From Podarcis erhardii (lineage: Eukaryota): DNA of 64,000 bases. Position numbers and translations under genes: made by a program. Shown here piece by piece: positions 46,264-59,156 of this stretch; the first letter of the stretch is position 1, and each line of letters opens with the position of its first letter. The notes below the pieces were generated by a model. That model searched no databases. It saw only the letters and a program-made list of their open reading frames with translations, and had not been told where the DNA came from. The stretch lies in the NCBI GenBank assembly GCA_964252035.1, contig OZ176211.1. The stretch is one strand, 5' to 3'.

Positions 46264-48171
46264 CTCCTCCTTTCTTTTCTGTTTCTTCTCTCACCCCTCC
46301 TTACGCTTTAGCCAAGAAAGGGGGGCACAGATTATCTTTTATTTTTTTTATCCCACTCCTCCCACGAATATTTTTCTATATACGTTTCAGACGGAAGATA
46401 GGAAGAATCAACAATTCCCCCCCTCTCTCTCATGTGATTACCCATAACTTTTTGAGGCTAACCAACTGGCCTCGTTCTGAAGGAGAAACTCTCCGCTGAC
46501 CCTTAGAGGAAAAAGGGCAGCTGGCTCCATCCGAGATGAACTTCTGCCACTATTTCCATAAGGAAAAGCCCTTCAGTATTAAAGGGGGGGGGGATATCCG
46601 CCATCCCACGGGCTCCTCTGTACTTCTATTGAATGGAGCTTGCTGAACACCCACGTTACAGCAGAGCCCTTGTAGGAACCCCAAAGACCCGTAATTACCT
46701 GACAAAAGGCCCAAGGATCCTCTGGTATAGAGTTGGTGGGCTTCTATACTTGTTAACACCCTAGGAGGACGAAGACGACGACGACGAGGAGGAGGAAGGC
46801 GTCTGCTGGCTTTGTGGTGGATCTACATTTTGCAAACTCTGTTGGGACCTTCTCTTTCAACCTGCGCTTACGCATTTCCTATGCAAGTACTTGAGTGATG
46901 TACAAAATTATAGGGTTCTGGAACGATGAAATATTTAGCGCGGAATAATGATCTAACTGTCCGGAGAGGGAGGGTTTTTTAAAAAAAGAAAAAGCAAGCA
47001 AGAATTGGCGGGGGGGGGGGAGAGATCTCACACAGGTCCCTGGAGCGAGCCTCAGAAATGAATTAATCTTTCATTTGTATGCAGATCTAAAAGCTCTCTT
47101 TTTCTTTCTGTTCAGTTTCCACAAGCTGCATAGTGCTCTAACAAAGTGTCCATGTCTTACAAGGCAAACGTCGTTTCTACCTTAAATGCACTATGGGCCC
47201 ACTTTGCCGATGGTGGTTCTGAATTTCTTGCCCGGTTTCCTATGTAACATCCCTCTCAGCTGTTCCTCCAACCAACTCTAAAGCAAGTTTCACTGTATTC
47301 TATTTCTTTCATCACTTGCCTTAGGGCTCGGGGCGGGGAGAGAACCCCATTTACTATGTGTGAGCAGATGAAATGTATCGTCTGCCAGCCTTCTGATCAA
47401 ATTATGAGCCGTCCTCTTCCTTTGACTGCAACTTAACTTTTAAGAGGTTGGTGGATTTAACCACACTAGTAACCTTCATCTTCTTCCACAACCGTGTTAA
47501 GTGGAAATGCGGGGATTTCTGCCCTCACACAAAAAGCTCCCCTTATCACCCAGAAGCTCTCTAGGCTCAGAGTTTTCATAAGCTCAGAATTCCTCTGAAA
47601 GCAACTTTCTTTCTTTCTTCCCTCTGAACTCAGTGGCAGAATGCCCAAAGATACATCACTTCGAAGCTACCTTTATACATTTTCCTTCCCGGAACATAGC
47701 CTTTAATGGAACCAAATTACACCGCTTGATAGGACTAGAACCTGCAGAGCTTAGGACACAAGCAAGCTTAAAAAAGAAAGTGAGGGCAGTATTCGAGGGA
47801 AACTTGTAGAATAGTCATAGGCACGTGCATCACTAATAGTTCCACTGACAAATGCTAAACTTTAAACAGGGAGCACCCTTATCCAAGAGATGGATTCCTA
47901 GGCATTTAAACTAAAGTGCCTTCAGCGCAGTCAAAAGAGGCCTTCAGAAGTTCTTCAGCAACAATGCAGCCAAAATTAATGGATAATGGAGCAGATGGGG
48001 GAGGGAGCCACAGCAAATCTTCCTGAATCTCGAGTAAAACGTTATCGACTGCTTTGAGTCAGAAGCAGAAAGATGACTTTACCAAATAGAAACTACAAAG
48101 CCATAAATCATAACTGTGGGGTGCAGATATAACTTACACGCCTTAACGCCATCTATGAGTACACCCTTTCC

Positions 48172-48238
48172 CTTTCCTTTCCTTTCCTTTCCTTTCCTTT
48201 CCTTTCCTTTCCTTTCCTTTCCTTTCCTTTCCTTTCCT
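48172..48238. repeat. (CCTTT)n pentanucleotide microsatellite
   Basis: Direct reading. Confidence 0.95.
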
Positions 48239-48921
48239 TATTTTTAAAAAAGGAAAGGGCCCTTTGCTTTGTAGGTCTGTATTAGTTTTAACGATCAAGT
48301 TAATGTGAAATCTGCCGTTGAACTATTAACTCCGGTGCGTATTGCATGGATAGTGAGTATGTGGGGTGTTTTTTCCCCCTAAAGAAAAGTAACTTCTTGG
48401 TGATTTATGAGGAGCTAATTCTTCAGGCTGTGCTTTATAGGAGACAAGCTTGCTTCACTGGAGTCCTGGTAACTCTGCTTATTATTTCTCCTTTTTCAAA
48501 ACAAAAACCCACCAAAAAGCTGACCTGGGATTCATTTGCTTGGGTCGAACTTCAGAGATCTTGAATTTTGAGAAATACAAATGCGAATGGACAGGAAGGC
48601 AGCAGCCTCGCCACCCATTTCGCCTTCTTCGCGGAGGTTCTCCGTTACTTCGAGGACTGGGAAATCTGAACGCTTTTGGGAGAGCTAAAAACGCTACATT
48701 TCATTTTAGGGAACAGGGCTAGGCTGCCCCGCCTCTTTCTGCACACATAGCAGTGGAATGCATGCGGAAGAAAGGAGGCGCGGAGCAGAGCTGAGGTCGA
48801 GATCCAAGACACAATTACTTGGAGGGAGAGAGGGAGAGCACTGAAATAAATGGACGTCGTTTTTCAAATGATTGGTTAGCATCCAAGTGCAACTAAGCTG
48901 TAAAGTCTCCACGAATTTGAA

Positions 48922-49055
48922 AGCTGCAAGGCTTAAGCATATTTACTCAGAGGTAAGTCCTATTGATTTCAGTGGGACTTTCTGCCAAGTAAATATACTG
49001 AGCAGAGAATCCTCCGCAGAAAGTGGGACTTCCCTTCCGCTATCCATGCTTAGAT
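48922..49055. mobile_element. Short palindromic MITE-like element(s)
   Basis: gctgcaaggct..gcatatttactcagaggtaagtcctattgatttcagtgggacttt..caagtaaatat. Confidence 0.6.
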
Positions 49056-52000
49056 TAAATAAAGCGATTTGTGCTTTTTGCTTTAGAGGAATTGAGTTTC
49101 GGGCTTAGTTTAAAGTTCTGTTCCGCAATACGCCTCATTTAAAACGAATGCTGATTATTAACGTTAACCTTAAAATGTTGTGTACACGGAGAAGAAACCG
49201 AGTGAACTTCTCTGAATATTTTATGTCACGTTTATGTCTGAAAATGCAAAGCAAGGTATCAGAACTAGGAAATGACGTTCTCATAGAGACTCTGTTATTA
49301 TCACAGCCTGGTGTGAGTTTTTTATGTCACTAGGTTTTGGGGGGTGTTGGGGTTTTTGGGTCCCCCTTAAATAATTTTATCTTTTTCGTACTAGGACAGC
49401 TGCGCTGCATCACGTCTATTATCTTTTAAAGTTTGTCCAAATTTCATGCATCCTTATCAGAGAAATGGGGACGAGTGCAATATATATATATTTAAGCATT
49501 GAATACTATTCTTAGAAAAGTCTAGGCTATTTCTGGGAGGATACGGTCAGGCTATATTTCAGACACTTGGAAGTGTTTTGTATTTTAAAGTAATTTGCCC
49601 TCTCCCCCCCCCGCCCTTCTTGGAATGTTGATAGTTTTAAATCAACATTTTGTCTTGAAATGGCTCAGGAAGGGGCACTTGCAGCGCCTTTTAGCAGGGA
49701 GAATTTCAACAAGCTGCTAAATCAACACAACAAGCCTTTGTAGGCTTGTAATTTATGCCTGCCGTTTAAAAGGTAGTAAACTAAACTAATTGTACTTCAG
49801 CCTCATAAAAGCAGGTAATTCTAGCAGGAAATTCAAGCGGCTCTACATATCCCTTGGTCTTCTAACGCTGGCTAATAAAAAAAAATCATATGGTGGCGTT
49901 TTAAGCGTTTTCATCGATATTAAGAACTGAAACGAGAGAAGAGTGCAAGGCACCTCTATCAGGATTAAGAGCAGTTTTCAATGAATAGAAGCCACCAGTG
50001 AATATATTTCGTTTGCCTTCAGCTGGGTGTAAACGAGGCCACCTAGAGAAAATTTTAAATTTCACTACAACAGCAGGTAAAGCAGATACGATATTACTGA
50101 TTCCTAGTAGTAGCTGCTAGCAGCCATAGGGAATACTCAGGTATTCTAAGTTGCAAAGGTGACTTTTCTTCCCATGTTCTAAACAATCTAAAGCCATCCG
50201 GAACAGCAAACAACAAGCAGGCTATCATAAATGCAGAGCTGCTCTTAATCACGAACCTATCCTGAGAGAGCTGGATTTTATAAGCAAAATGCATTTTCAT
50301 TAAAGACTTCATTGGCTTCTCTAGCTCTTTCCAGCCCGTGTGCAACCCTCCCTGTTCTGAATGGCTCTCAAAGAATTGCTCTTACTTAGGCTCTATGTAT
50401 TTCTTTGTTTGACAAGACGTGCATTCACCGACGACGAAAGATGAATTGGCGCAGTGCAGAAAATTCCAACCGATTTAGCTATTTATCAAACCCGAAGCTC
50501 ACAGTAACCTTTGTAATAAGCGCTAGCAAACCGAATCCTCTTCTCTGCAATATGAAACTATTTTAAACAATTGGACAACAGATTCCTTTCTTTTTCTCCC
50601 CCCCCCCCCTCTTTCCACCCACAGGGCTCTTACCTCCTCGCGTTTCCAACCACCGGGCAGAATTGTTTCCAGATTGTAGGTGTCTTTAAACCGTATTTTC
50701 CGGTGCACCGGAGTGCTGTAAATAAAGAACAAGCAATAGCTAAATAAGAAAACTATAGGGGATGAGCATTATTTTCGAGACAAGACGTGGGTCAGCTGCT
50801 GAGTTGTTTTAGCAGATCCTCGGTGCGTATATAATCATTAAAAGGACGCTGTTGAGTTGCGTATTTTTTTTCTTTTAGAAAAAAACACACGTAAAAATAT
50901 TGCCTTTTGCAATCGTGTATGAAATTGAAAGATAAGCTCCTTTCTTATGAAGACAACTATTCTCCCTGTGAATATCTTATAATTCCTCTTTTATGAAATG
51001 TAAGCTTCATATTCCTCTGGGAAGCCTTTGTTTAGCATCATTTAATCAAGTAAGGACATTAAATACAACTGGCCACGTTCATCTCTGTTTAATGGCATAA
51101 GAATGTGACTCTCTCCTTTAAATGCAAGGCACACGTCGGTCCAAACTAGGCGCACGCTTGAATCTGTGGGCCTGATCTGCTGTCTCTGAACTGTCTCCCA
51201 TTGGCTGCAATTGACTTAAAAATCAGACTAGGGACAATAGCAATAAAAATAGTGTTGAAACGGGGGAAACAGACGTGTGTTGTGGGTTTAAATGGCTGTT
51301 CTTTGGTCCGTTGGCAGAAAAGTAGCCTGAAGATAAGGATATTGACTTTCTCAAAGCAATAATAATTTTATTTAAATATATTTATTAATCATTTATAATA
51401 ATAATAATGAGATGTTCGCCCCGCTTTCCGCAATCCACTGACAGACCACCCCCCCTTTAAATGTCCCGCTGGATTCTCCTTCGCCTGGCTAGCAAAAGTG
51501 ACTGCTAATAATTGCTTAGTGTTGTTTCTTGGAATAATGTCATCGAAGGCTTGGAAAAAAAGTTTTAAATCTCATCTTGGGAGAACTTGGCATGATAGAA
51601 TTTGCTTTTGGTAATTGGATCGTTTGGTAATGACTATTATAATTTTAGATTTGGTGCTAAGCAGGCATCTAGCAGGACAAAAGAAAGGAGCAGCTCTAAA
51701 TCGCTTACTGGGGGTTTTATTGCACTCCCACATTAGTAAGATGCTTCGATTTCTGGAACTGCCCGTGGATTTTGCCAGACAGCTGCTTCTATACCAAGGA
51801 GTATTTAAGGGTATAATAATATTTCTTGCTCGCTCTCTATCCTACCAGTTCTCTATTCTGGGAAACTCCTTTGGTGTTTAACGTTCAAACTACTTCCTAA
51901 ACAGCCCATCGCGTGGCAAACTGTAATACAATCGAAAGCAGTAGCATACAGAACCACTTAATGTGCTTACTATTAAATCAGCATCGTGCTACTCAGTAGC

Positions 52001-52666
52001 TTTTGGTGGTATATTTGGGGACGATTAAACTACATGTTATGATATTTTAGAGACCTCTTGGGGTGGGGTGGGGTGGGGGGGCTGCTCCTTTAGGCAGCTT
52101 TAAAGTTAGAAAGTAGCAATGGAGCACTTAACAAAACGCCATGAGCTAAAGGGGGGGGGGAAACCTTATCACAAAACTCTGCTATTAATTGCGGTGCTTT
52201 AAACTGGGTACTAAATCGCGCTGCTTAATGATGAGTCATAGAGAAATGTGTCCATGACTTCTGTTGTCGTCCGTCCCCCCTCGCCTCGCCTGCCTCTATT
52301 CCCTTCCTCACAATGCTTGCTGCCGCCGCCTCTCCGGTTTCCCTTCTTGGCCCTGCTCTGCGAGCCGGTGATTTATGAACGCCTGGCAAATTGGGGGGAA
52401 AACACACACACAAAAGCCAGGACTCCCGCACTGTGGCAACTTTCCACAGTGTGTGAATTAGTACTCGAACGTTATCAAATCGCCTCGCCTCGCTTTAGGT
52501 TTAATCACCAAAAAGGCATAATGCGACCACAAGGCAGCTTCGCCACAAAGATGGAACATTTCGTAAATCTCCCCGTCGCTTAAGTCAAGGCTCCCCAATC
52601 AAAAAGGAAGGCAAGTGCAAACAATGAAAGGCAATCCAGGCACACGACCGGCCTGCGCATACTTAC

Positions 52667-52893
52667 CGACCTCATCCCCCTTATTGCTCGCTTAAGGAGT
52701 TTAAGGAGCCTTGCAAAAGATAAACCAGGTAGGCATGCTTTTTGGGGTTTTTTGTTTTTATATATTAAAAAAAAAAGAAAGTCAAAGAGGAAGTTCCTTT
52801 TCACTTCGGAAAGAATCACTCCTACTAGTGAGAACTGACCGTCACAGATCCATTCGTGAAGATCTGCATTAATTATTTAATGTCACGTGACAT
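52667..52893 (-). promoter_or_regulatory. Candidate alternative promoter and first exon (HOXA3 long isoform)
   Basis: 14-bp palindrome ATGTCACGTGACAT (52880-93), TAATTA cores, perfect donor GTCG|GTAAGT at 52667/52666. Confidence 0.4.
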
Positions 52894-53538
52894 CCCATCC
52901 TTTTTCTCTCTCTCACCCCCAACCCTCCCCTCCCCAACCCGGCCAGATTAAAATTTCAATACCCGAGAAGAACAGACACAACACCTTTATCTACCCTCGC
53001 AGTGCTTCTCTATTGCTTATTTAGGCCTCATCATCTCGCCGGTTTTTGACAGCTTTTCAGTTTCTGGGGAGATCTTTTGGGCATTAATAACGCGGGGCTT
53101 GTCAGGCCCAGGCAGAATGAAGCGGCCGAGCCCCCGAATCAGTCATTTGAATTCGACTTTTTATTGTCAGTGGCAGCAGGTTGGGGCAGCAGACATGATT
53201 TGGAACCCACGCCTTTCATCACAAGAGGGACCGCCTGATAAAAAGTCCTGGCGATAGGGATGTCAGGCAGGCGAGTCGCTAAGAGAACGGCCACGGCGTG
53301 GGCCATAACCCTATTTAGTCAGTATTCCCTTTGAACTGGTCGGATGGAGTGACAACTTGATTCTTCTGAGGTCAGCAGGAGTGTTGCCACCCAGCCCTGT
53401 GAGACAAAGGTGTTTCACACCTTGGCCAGGTCCAGAAAGGAAGCGAGGCAGGTGGAAACTCGACTGGATGAGATGCAATGAGGACTGGCGAGCACTTAAG
53501 GCGCGGTTGCACTTAGGGCCTACTGGTTTCAGGCATTA

Positions 53539-53629
53539 GCAGAGCAATCCTGGCCACGTCTACTCAGAAGCAAGCCCCATTGCATGCAAGGAGGGTGGCT
53601 TCCAGGTAAGTGGGGTTAGGCTTGCAGGC
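53539..53629. mobile_element. Short palindromic MITE-like element with TTA flanks
   Basis: tta|gcagagcaatcct..tactcagaagcaagccccattg..cttccaggtaag..aggcttgcaggc|tta. Confidence 0.65.
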
Positions 53630-53750
53630 TTAATGTCTGACTTGTCGCATCGATTTCAATGGCATCCAAGTGCAGGTACCTTAGGTTGGATTCAACCCAG
53701 ATTTCAACGCTCCTAACTTAGAGTTTCCTGGGCATCATATACAGTAATTA

Positions 53751-53876
53751 AAGCACATCCCCGCTTCCCCCAAGAATCCTTGGAACCATAATTTGTTAAA
53801 GGTGCTGGGAACTGTAGTTCTCTGGAGGGGTAAACGACAGCTTTCAGGATTCTTGAAGGGGGGGTAATATGTGCTT
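53751..53876. mobile_element. PIF/Harbinger-like palindromic MITE (126 bp)
   Basis: TIR AAGCACAT/ATGTGCTT, TTA on both sides (53748-50, 53877-79), long internal inverted arms. Confidence 0.75.
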
Positions 53877-55171
53877 TTAAACGGGGGGGGGGGAACTACT
53901 GCTTATTATTCATGAAACAGGCAAAAGCACCAATGAGCTCAAATGGGGTCAAAGTATGAAGTTAAGAGAACTTGGCGGCCTAATCCTCCTGGGCCGCCGC
54001 ATGGCCAAAGGAGTGAGTAAATTAAACTGCCCTGGAGGGAGCTGGCAATTAGCAGAACTGCAAAGCTAACATTTCCCTCAAAGCAGGGCAAGAACAATAT
54101 CTTCACACCTACTCCTCCTTCTCAACCTAGCCAAGCCTGCGCGTCAGAGATTGTCTCTGCCCGGAGAGTAGCACTTCTGTCTTAGGTGTCCATCTGTCTC
54201 TCTTGTATTGGAAGTGTAGGGAAAAGACACTACTTTCTCTTTCTGAAACTTTCTCTTTCTGTCTGTCTTTTTTTTAATGTCTCTTCTCCGCATACTATAA
54301 ATCACATCCAAAACCTCGCAGTTCTTGTTTATTGGTCTTCCCGGTCGGTTCACGCTGAGGTTGCCCGGTGAAATGGTGTCACCAAGATATTGATCTGTAT
54401 ATTTCTGTAGTGAACAAGCTAAGCAAACCGAGGGGCACTTCTCTTAAAAGGAAAGTAGGGGGGGGCAGAGTTTCAAGCTAGTTCTGTAGCATCTGTTGGG
54501 CATGAAAGACTTGGACCAGGAGTGTTGGAGCTTGTAGAATCGTCTGGAGGCCTGCGGCGATCATTTCACACGCTCAAAGTTAGCAAATATGAGCCTGAAG
54601 TTTGAAGATGGGTTGTGTGTATTGGGGGCGGGCGGGGGGGGGGGAGAGAGAGAGACGAAACGGTCCTTCGCAATCCTCTAACCCTACACAGCACCACGTA
54701 CACACACACCCTTCTGCTTACAAAATTGGGGAAAATCTAGACAGCATGAGATGGAAACCAGCCAAATCCCACCAGTCTGGTCCTTCCTCCCTTCTCGTTC
54801 CTTTACATACGCAAACCCATCTCGTCCTGTAGCTGCTGCAACCCAAAATGGCCAGTCCCTTCTCCAGGAATCCACGTGGCAATCCCTCTTCAGCATTGGA
54901 TGGTGGCCATGGGTGAATCCCAAAGGCAGCAATAAAATAAAAACGCAAACAAACAAACCTGCGCCGTGCATGCCACATCTCTGAGTGGGAGGAAAAGGCA
55001 AGCAGCACAATTCTAGCCCTCCTCCCTTGCTTGTTTGTGGTTGGGACCCCTTAGAGCTTAGACCTTTACGCCCGACTGTTTCAAGGACTGGTATTTGCAT
55101 ATACTCTGTCTGAAACATGAAGGCGCTTCCACCTTTAGGATCCAGAGTAACTTTCTTTGGTAATATGCAAT

Positions 55172-55173
<2 letters not shown>

Positions 55174-55255
<82 letters not shown>
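55174..55255. repeat. (GT)n(GA)n compound microsatellite
   Basis: Direct reading. Confidence 0.95.
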
Positions 55256-55258
<3 letters not shown>

Positions 55259-55374
55259 GGGGCAAGAGGAGCAGATTTAGGTCCAGCAGCTAGAAAGAAT
55301 CCTGCCTTTAAAGGTCAAGGGTTTGATGGGTCAGTCTGCTTCTCTTAAAAAAACAATTAATGGGATAGAAAATT

Positions 55375-55391
55375 TGTCCTTTCGGTGAACT
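55375..55391 (-). promoter_or_regulatory. Hoxa4 3' RARE (DR5 AGTTCA-CCGAA-AGGACA)
   Basis: Plus tgtcctttcggtgaact; matches the Hox4 3' neural-enhancer DR5 type with an AGGACA second half-site. Confidence 0.8.
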
Positions 55392-55589
55392 CTCCCCATT
55401 GCCCTCGCACAAACCAGGACAATGGTGGGGTGTAGTTTTCTAACTTATTGTTACATCGATTACGGCAGCCAAGCTAAAAAAAAATAAAAAAATCGACACC
55501 TACACATCACAGTGAAGCGCCCTGCGTTTTCAAGGGGAAAGGCATAAACAAAAAAAACAACAACCCCAAAAATCAAATAAAAACATTAC

Positions 55590-55800
55590 CTTGAATGATG
55601 GTGATCTGCCACGTGCGTTTTCCAGTCTTCCTTCGGTTCTCCACCCAGAAATTATACATTTTCATGGCACAGCCAAGCGACTGTGTCTTTCTACATGAAC
55701 CCATTTTCCCCAGGAAAATCCTTCGTGTCTTCTCAGACCTTTTTCCAAGAGAATGCCTTTCAGAATCGCTGTTGAATTACAAAGAAGTATTTATTGTAGG
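55590..55800 (-). other. HOXA3: Candidate distal HOXA3 first exon just 3' of HOXA4
   Basis: Donor AAG|GTAATG at 55590/55589, CACGTG at ~55609, conserved-looking TAAT-rich block 55780-55850; 5' end uncertain. Confidence 0.35.
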
Positions 55801-56514
55801 AGGTGATTAATGATTCCTAGTAAAATTGCTATTTTCAGCGTGATTTCATTTCGGGCTCTCCCCCCCCCCCCACAATGGAGAAAGAGGGGGAGGGAAAGGG
55901 GGTTGCTCCAAGCGTAAGACTACGGAAGTCAGGGAAGATCCGCAATCATACTTCAATACTAATCATTGATTTAACAGTTTGGGACACTCCTCTTGATTTT
56001 CGAGCGTCAGTGAATTTAGCAGAAGAGAATTCTCCAGGGCAGACCAAACAAAGACTTTAGACAAAAAGGGGTCCATGTTAACAGGGAGGAGAGGGGGCGA
56101 TATTGTTTTCCAGCCTATTCTCTTTTATTTCTTAACAACAAACAAACAAACATGCGGGACAGGGCACTTCAAGGATATAGTAAATAAGAAAGGAAGTCCT
56201 TTGGGGTGGTTCAGTTCGACGCACACTTCCAGATCATTCACAGCAATGTTTACTTCTCTTTTGCACGGCAAGTGAGACCATAACTTTTCAAATGGCGGTG
56301 TCACCCTTCCCAGCCCAATGGACGAAGGATACATTTAAACTATCTGCTTATTCTTCCACGGCAGTTCTGTCTGAGCTGTCTACAGGCTTTTGGACTCAAT
56401 GAGCCATTTAAGTCTCCAATATAAACCAGCATCGGATTATAGTTCTGGATATCAGAAAAGGCCCAGAACTGTATTCCACTCTCCAGGAGGAGATTGAAGA
56501 ATTGCTACTTATAA

Positions 56515-56605
56515 GAGTGCAACTCTAGACACACTTACCTGGAAATAAGCCTCACTGTACAACAGTGGGACTTGCCTCGGAGTAAACATCAATGGGGGTG
56601 TAGAG
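56515..56605. mobile_element. Short palindromic MITE-like element
   Basis: gagtgcaactcta..cacttacctggaaataagcc.cactg..cagtgggacttgcctcggagtaaacat. Confidence 0.6.
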
Positions 56606-57499
56606 TTAAATTAGCAACTTTCATCTGTACTTATTGCATGTGTTGGTTAAGCTGTTTAGAAGACCCCCCCTCCAATGAACCTCCATGTCAAGGGCATCAT
56701 CTGGCTTTACCATAACGTTTTGGGTGTGCGGCTTTAACGCTTCCGGTTTGTTCCCCTGCCAAAGAGCGGTGGGCCATTGCAACTTGACCCTCTTCCCCCC
56801 TGTGGAAAGTTGCTGCGGCTGGAATAAACCAAGAGGTCACTACTGATGCTGCAATATGTTTAAGCATTGATAGTGCAGTGTTACTCTTACTACTATTATT
56901 CCCTTCATTCTACTGGATTAGCCCCGTTTCTCTTCACGCAAGGCGGGAAAGAGCTATATTTCCCCAATGGTGTAGGCAGAGGACACATGTCATGAATGAG
57001 AATTTGGGGGGATGGACGCCTTTCTTGTTCTACACACGGTGGACTGTATCCTGTAGAAGGAGTGGCTAAGCCGAAGCGCCTCCTTAGGGAAATGGGCAGG
57101 CTGCGCAGGACGATCCACAACTCACTTAAAACTGGGTACTTGGATGGCAGCCTATTCAGCCCATCTACAACGACACCCCCCGGCAACCTGTTTCAATGGG
57201 AATTACTCCTAACTCTCTGGTTTCCATAGGAGCTTTGGTCTATGGTCCTATGTGGAAGTCAGCATCATCTAAAACGATGTGACTTCCTGACACATAAAGT
57301 GGTTAGGGTGTTTGGGAAGGAGAAACGTTACTCCTTAATAAAACTAATTCGACTATAATGCAGGTACTCGGCCTCTCCTAAGGAATGGGTTGAACAGCAT
57401 GTACACATGACATCCTCGAGAGTTTTCATGTTTATGTCAACAAAGTCACATTCTAGGCAAATGCACGCTTCTCACGGTGGTGTGTCTAGTGCCTTAAGT

Positions 57500-57505
57500 T
57501 TTATT
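57500..57505 (-). terminator. HOXA4: Probable HOXA4 polyadenylation signal
   Basis: tttatt on plus about 800 nt after the stop; additional copies at ~57532-57546. Confidence 0.5.
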
Positions 57506-58304
57506 TTTGTACAGAGAGGTGTGGTTTTGTTTTATTTTATTTTATTACCAGCACTGGACATTATATATACATCACACATTCACAAATGTGTACACATAGA
57601 TTTCACAAACTGTACACGGACGTTTGACTATGGCAAGACACGAAGACAGAAATAGCCTTTATAGCAATATTGGTGTACTTTTCTTTTCTTTCTTTTTTTT
57701 ATAAAAAAGTAACAAATGCACCGTCGGGGGAGGATAATGTATCACGACTACAGCAGAGACTACACTTTTTTGTTCTTATTACACAGAAAACATACTTTCT
57801 TGGTCGGTAAGGGCTGGAGGGTGCTGGGGTCTCTGGGCATCGTCCCCACTCCAACTTCCAAAATACTTCCACGTCATAAGATGGCTTTGCTTCTGTCTGT
57901 AATTGAGAGTCCACGAATGTTCCACGAAATAAGACAAAGTCTATGATTTACACACACATGTCACAAAGTCACTGATTAACATATGTTGACACCTTAAAAC
58001 ATATCTGCAAAGGGTCCTTCTTAGGTACAGGATCCATCCTCAACTCTTTAATGATGCTGCAGGTGGACCGTATTTCCATAAATAAATTAAAAAAACGAAA
58101 CATGGTGGGAATGGAAAGGTCATATTTACAGAAGGTGAACACTTTGTCCAAGGTGTTTGGTTTTGGTTTTTGGTTTAAACACACGTGCCCTGTGACTGGT
58201 TCTTGTTCTGCATTTATGCCCCTTAATATAGTCCCTATGGCAAATTAAATCAGGCAGGAGCGGGACGTGTGATGGGTTAGGGTGTCCCTGCGTCTGTCGG
58301 GCCA

Positions 58305-58639
58305 TCAGAGCGCTGCTGAGTTTGGGGTCGCCCTACCCCTGGGCGGTGGTGTCTGATGGTGCTGTGCTGACGCTTTGGCTTGCTGGTTAAGACTGGAGGG
58401 GTTGGAGGAGCGCATCTTGGTGTTGGGCAGCTTGTGGTCCTTCTTCCACTTCATCCTTCTGTTCTGAAACCAAATCTTGACCTGGCGCTCGGAGAGGCAG
58501 AGCGTGTGCGCGATCTCGATGCGTCGCCTCCTGGTCAGGTAGCGATTAAAATGGAACTCCTTCTCCAGCTCCAGGACTTGCTGTCTGGTGTAGGCAGTTC
58601 GAGACCTTTTGGGCTCGCCTCCAGTGTAATTGGGGTTGA
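58305..58639 (-). CDS. HOXA4: Homeobox protein Hox-A4, coding exon 2
   Basis: Acceptor gctcag|TC at 58639; (V)[83 protein letters not shown]; 339 aa in total. Confidence 0.97.
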
Positions 58640-58658
58640 CTGAGCGTACACAGGCGCG

Positions 58659-58693
58659 CACACACACGCACACACACACACACACACACACAC
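58659..58693. repeat. (CA)n, read as (GU)n directly upstream of the HOXA4 acceptor
   Basis: Direct reading. Confidence 0.95.
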
Positions 58694-58899
58694 GGACACA
58701 AAGGAGAAGAAGGCAACGGAACATTATCATTATTATATAATAACTCGACACTGGGTTTAGATTAGCCACAGAAACGGGGAAGAAAATGGTTCACAGGCTC
58801 GTGACAATAGGAGACAATTGGGGAGCCATAAAAAATGGTGACGGGCATTTGGGTTCAAGAAAAGCTTCAAAGAGACGTGGCCCAGAGCCACAGGCAGGG

Positions 58900-58965
58900 C
58901 GATTAAATTTATGGGGACTATAATTACTGCCCTAACAGTTTGGCGTCTCGTAAATCTCTTGATAA
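58900..58965. promoter_or_regulatory. HB1-type homeodomain-site cluster in Hox4 intron
   Basis: gattaaatttatgg..ataattac..cgtaaatc: clustered TAAT/TTTAT/TTTAC sites at the known Hox4 intronic position. Confidence 0.65.
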
Positions 58966-59156
58966 AGGGCCCCGAGTACAAAAGGCTTCTCACGTGTGCG
59001 TGCGCGCTTTTTTAAAATTAGGAAATGCGCCAACACACACACACGTATATGCACACAACCTCGGAGTCCAGCCTAGCCCAGCCTCCTCCACCTCGCCACG
59101 CACACAAACACATACAAGCCATCCCGGCTCCCCTTGGAAGAAGGTGGTCAACTCAC

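Noticed and set aside
54347-54363. Possible fifth DR5 (GGTTCA-CGCTG-AGGTTG, plus strand)
   Set aside because: Second half-site matches only 4/6; not supportable without conservation data
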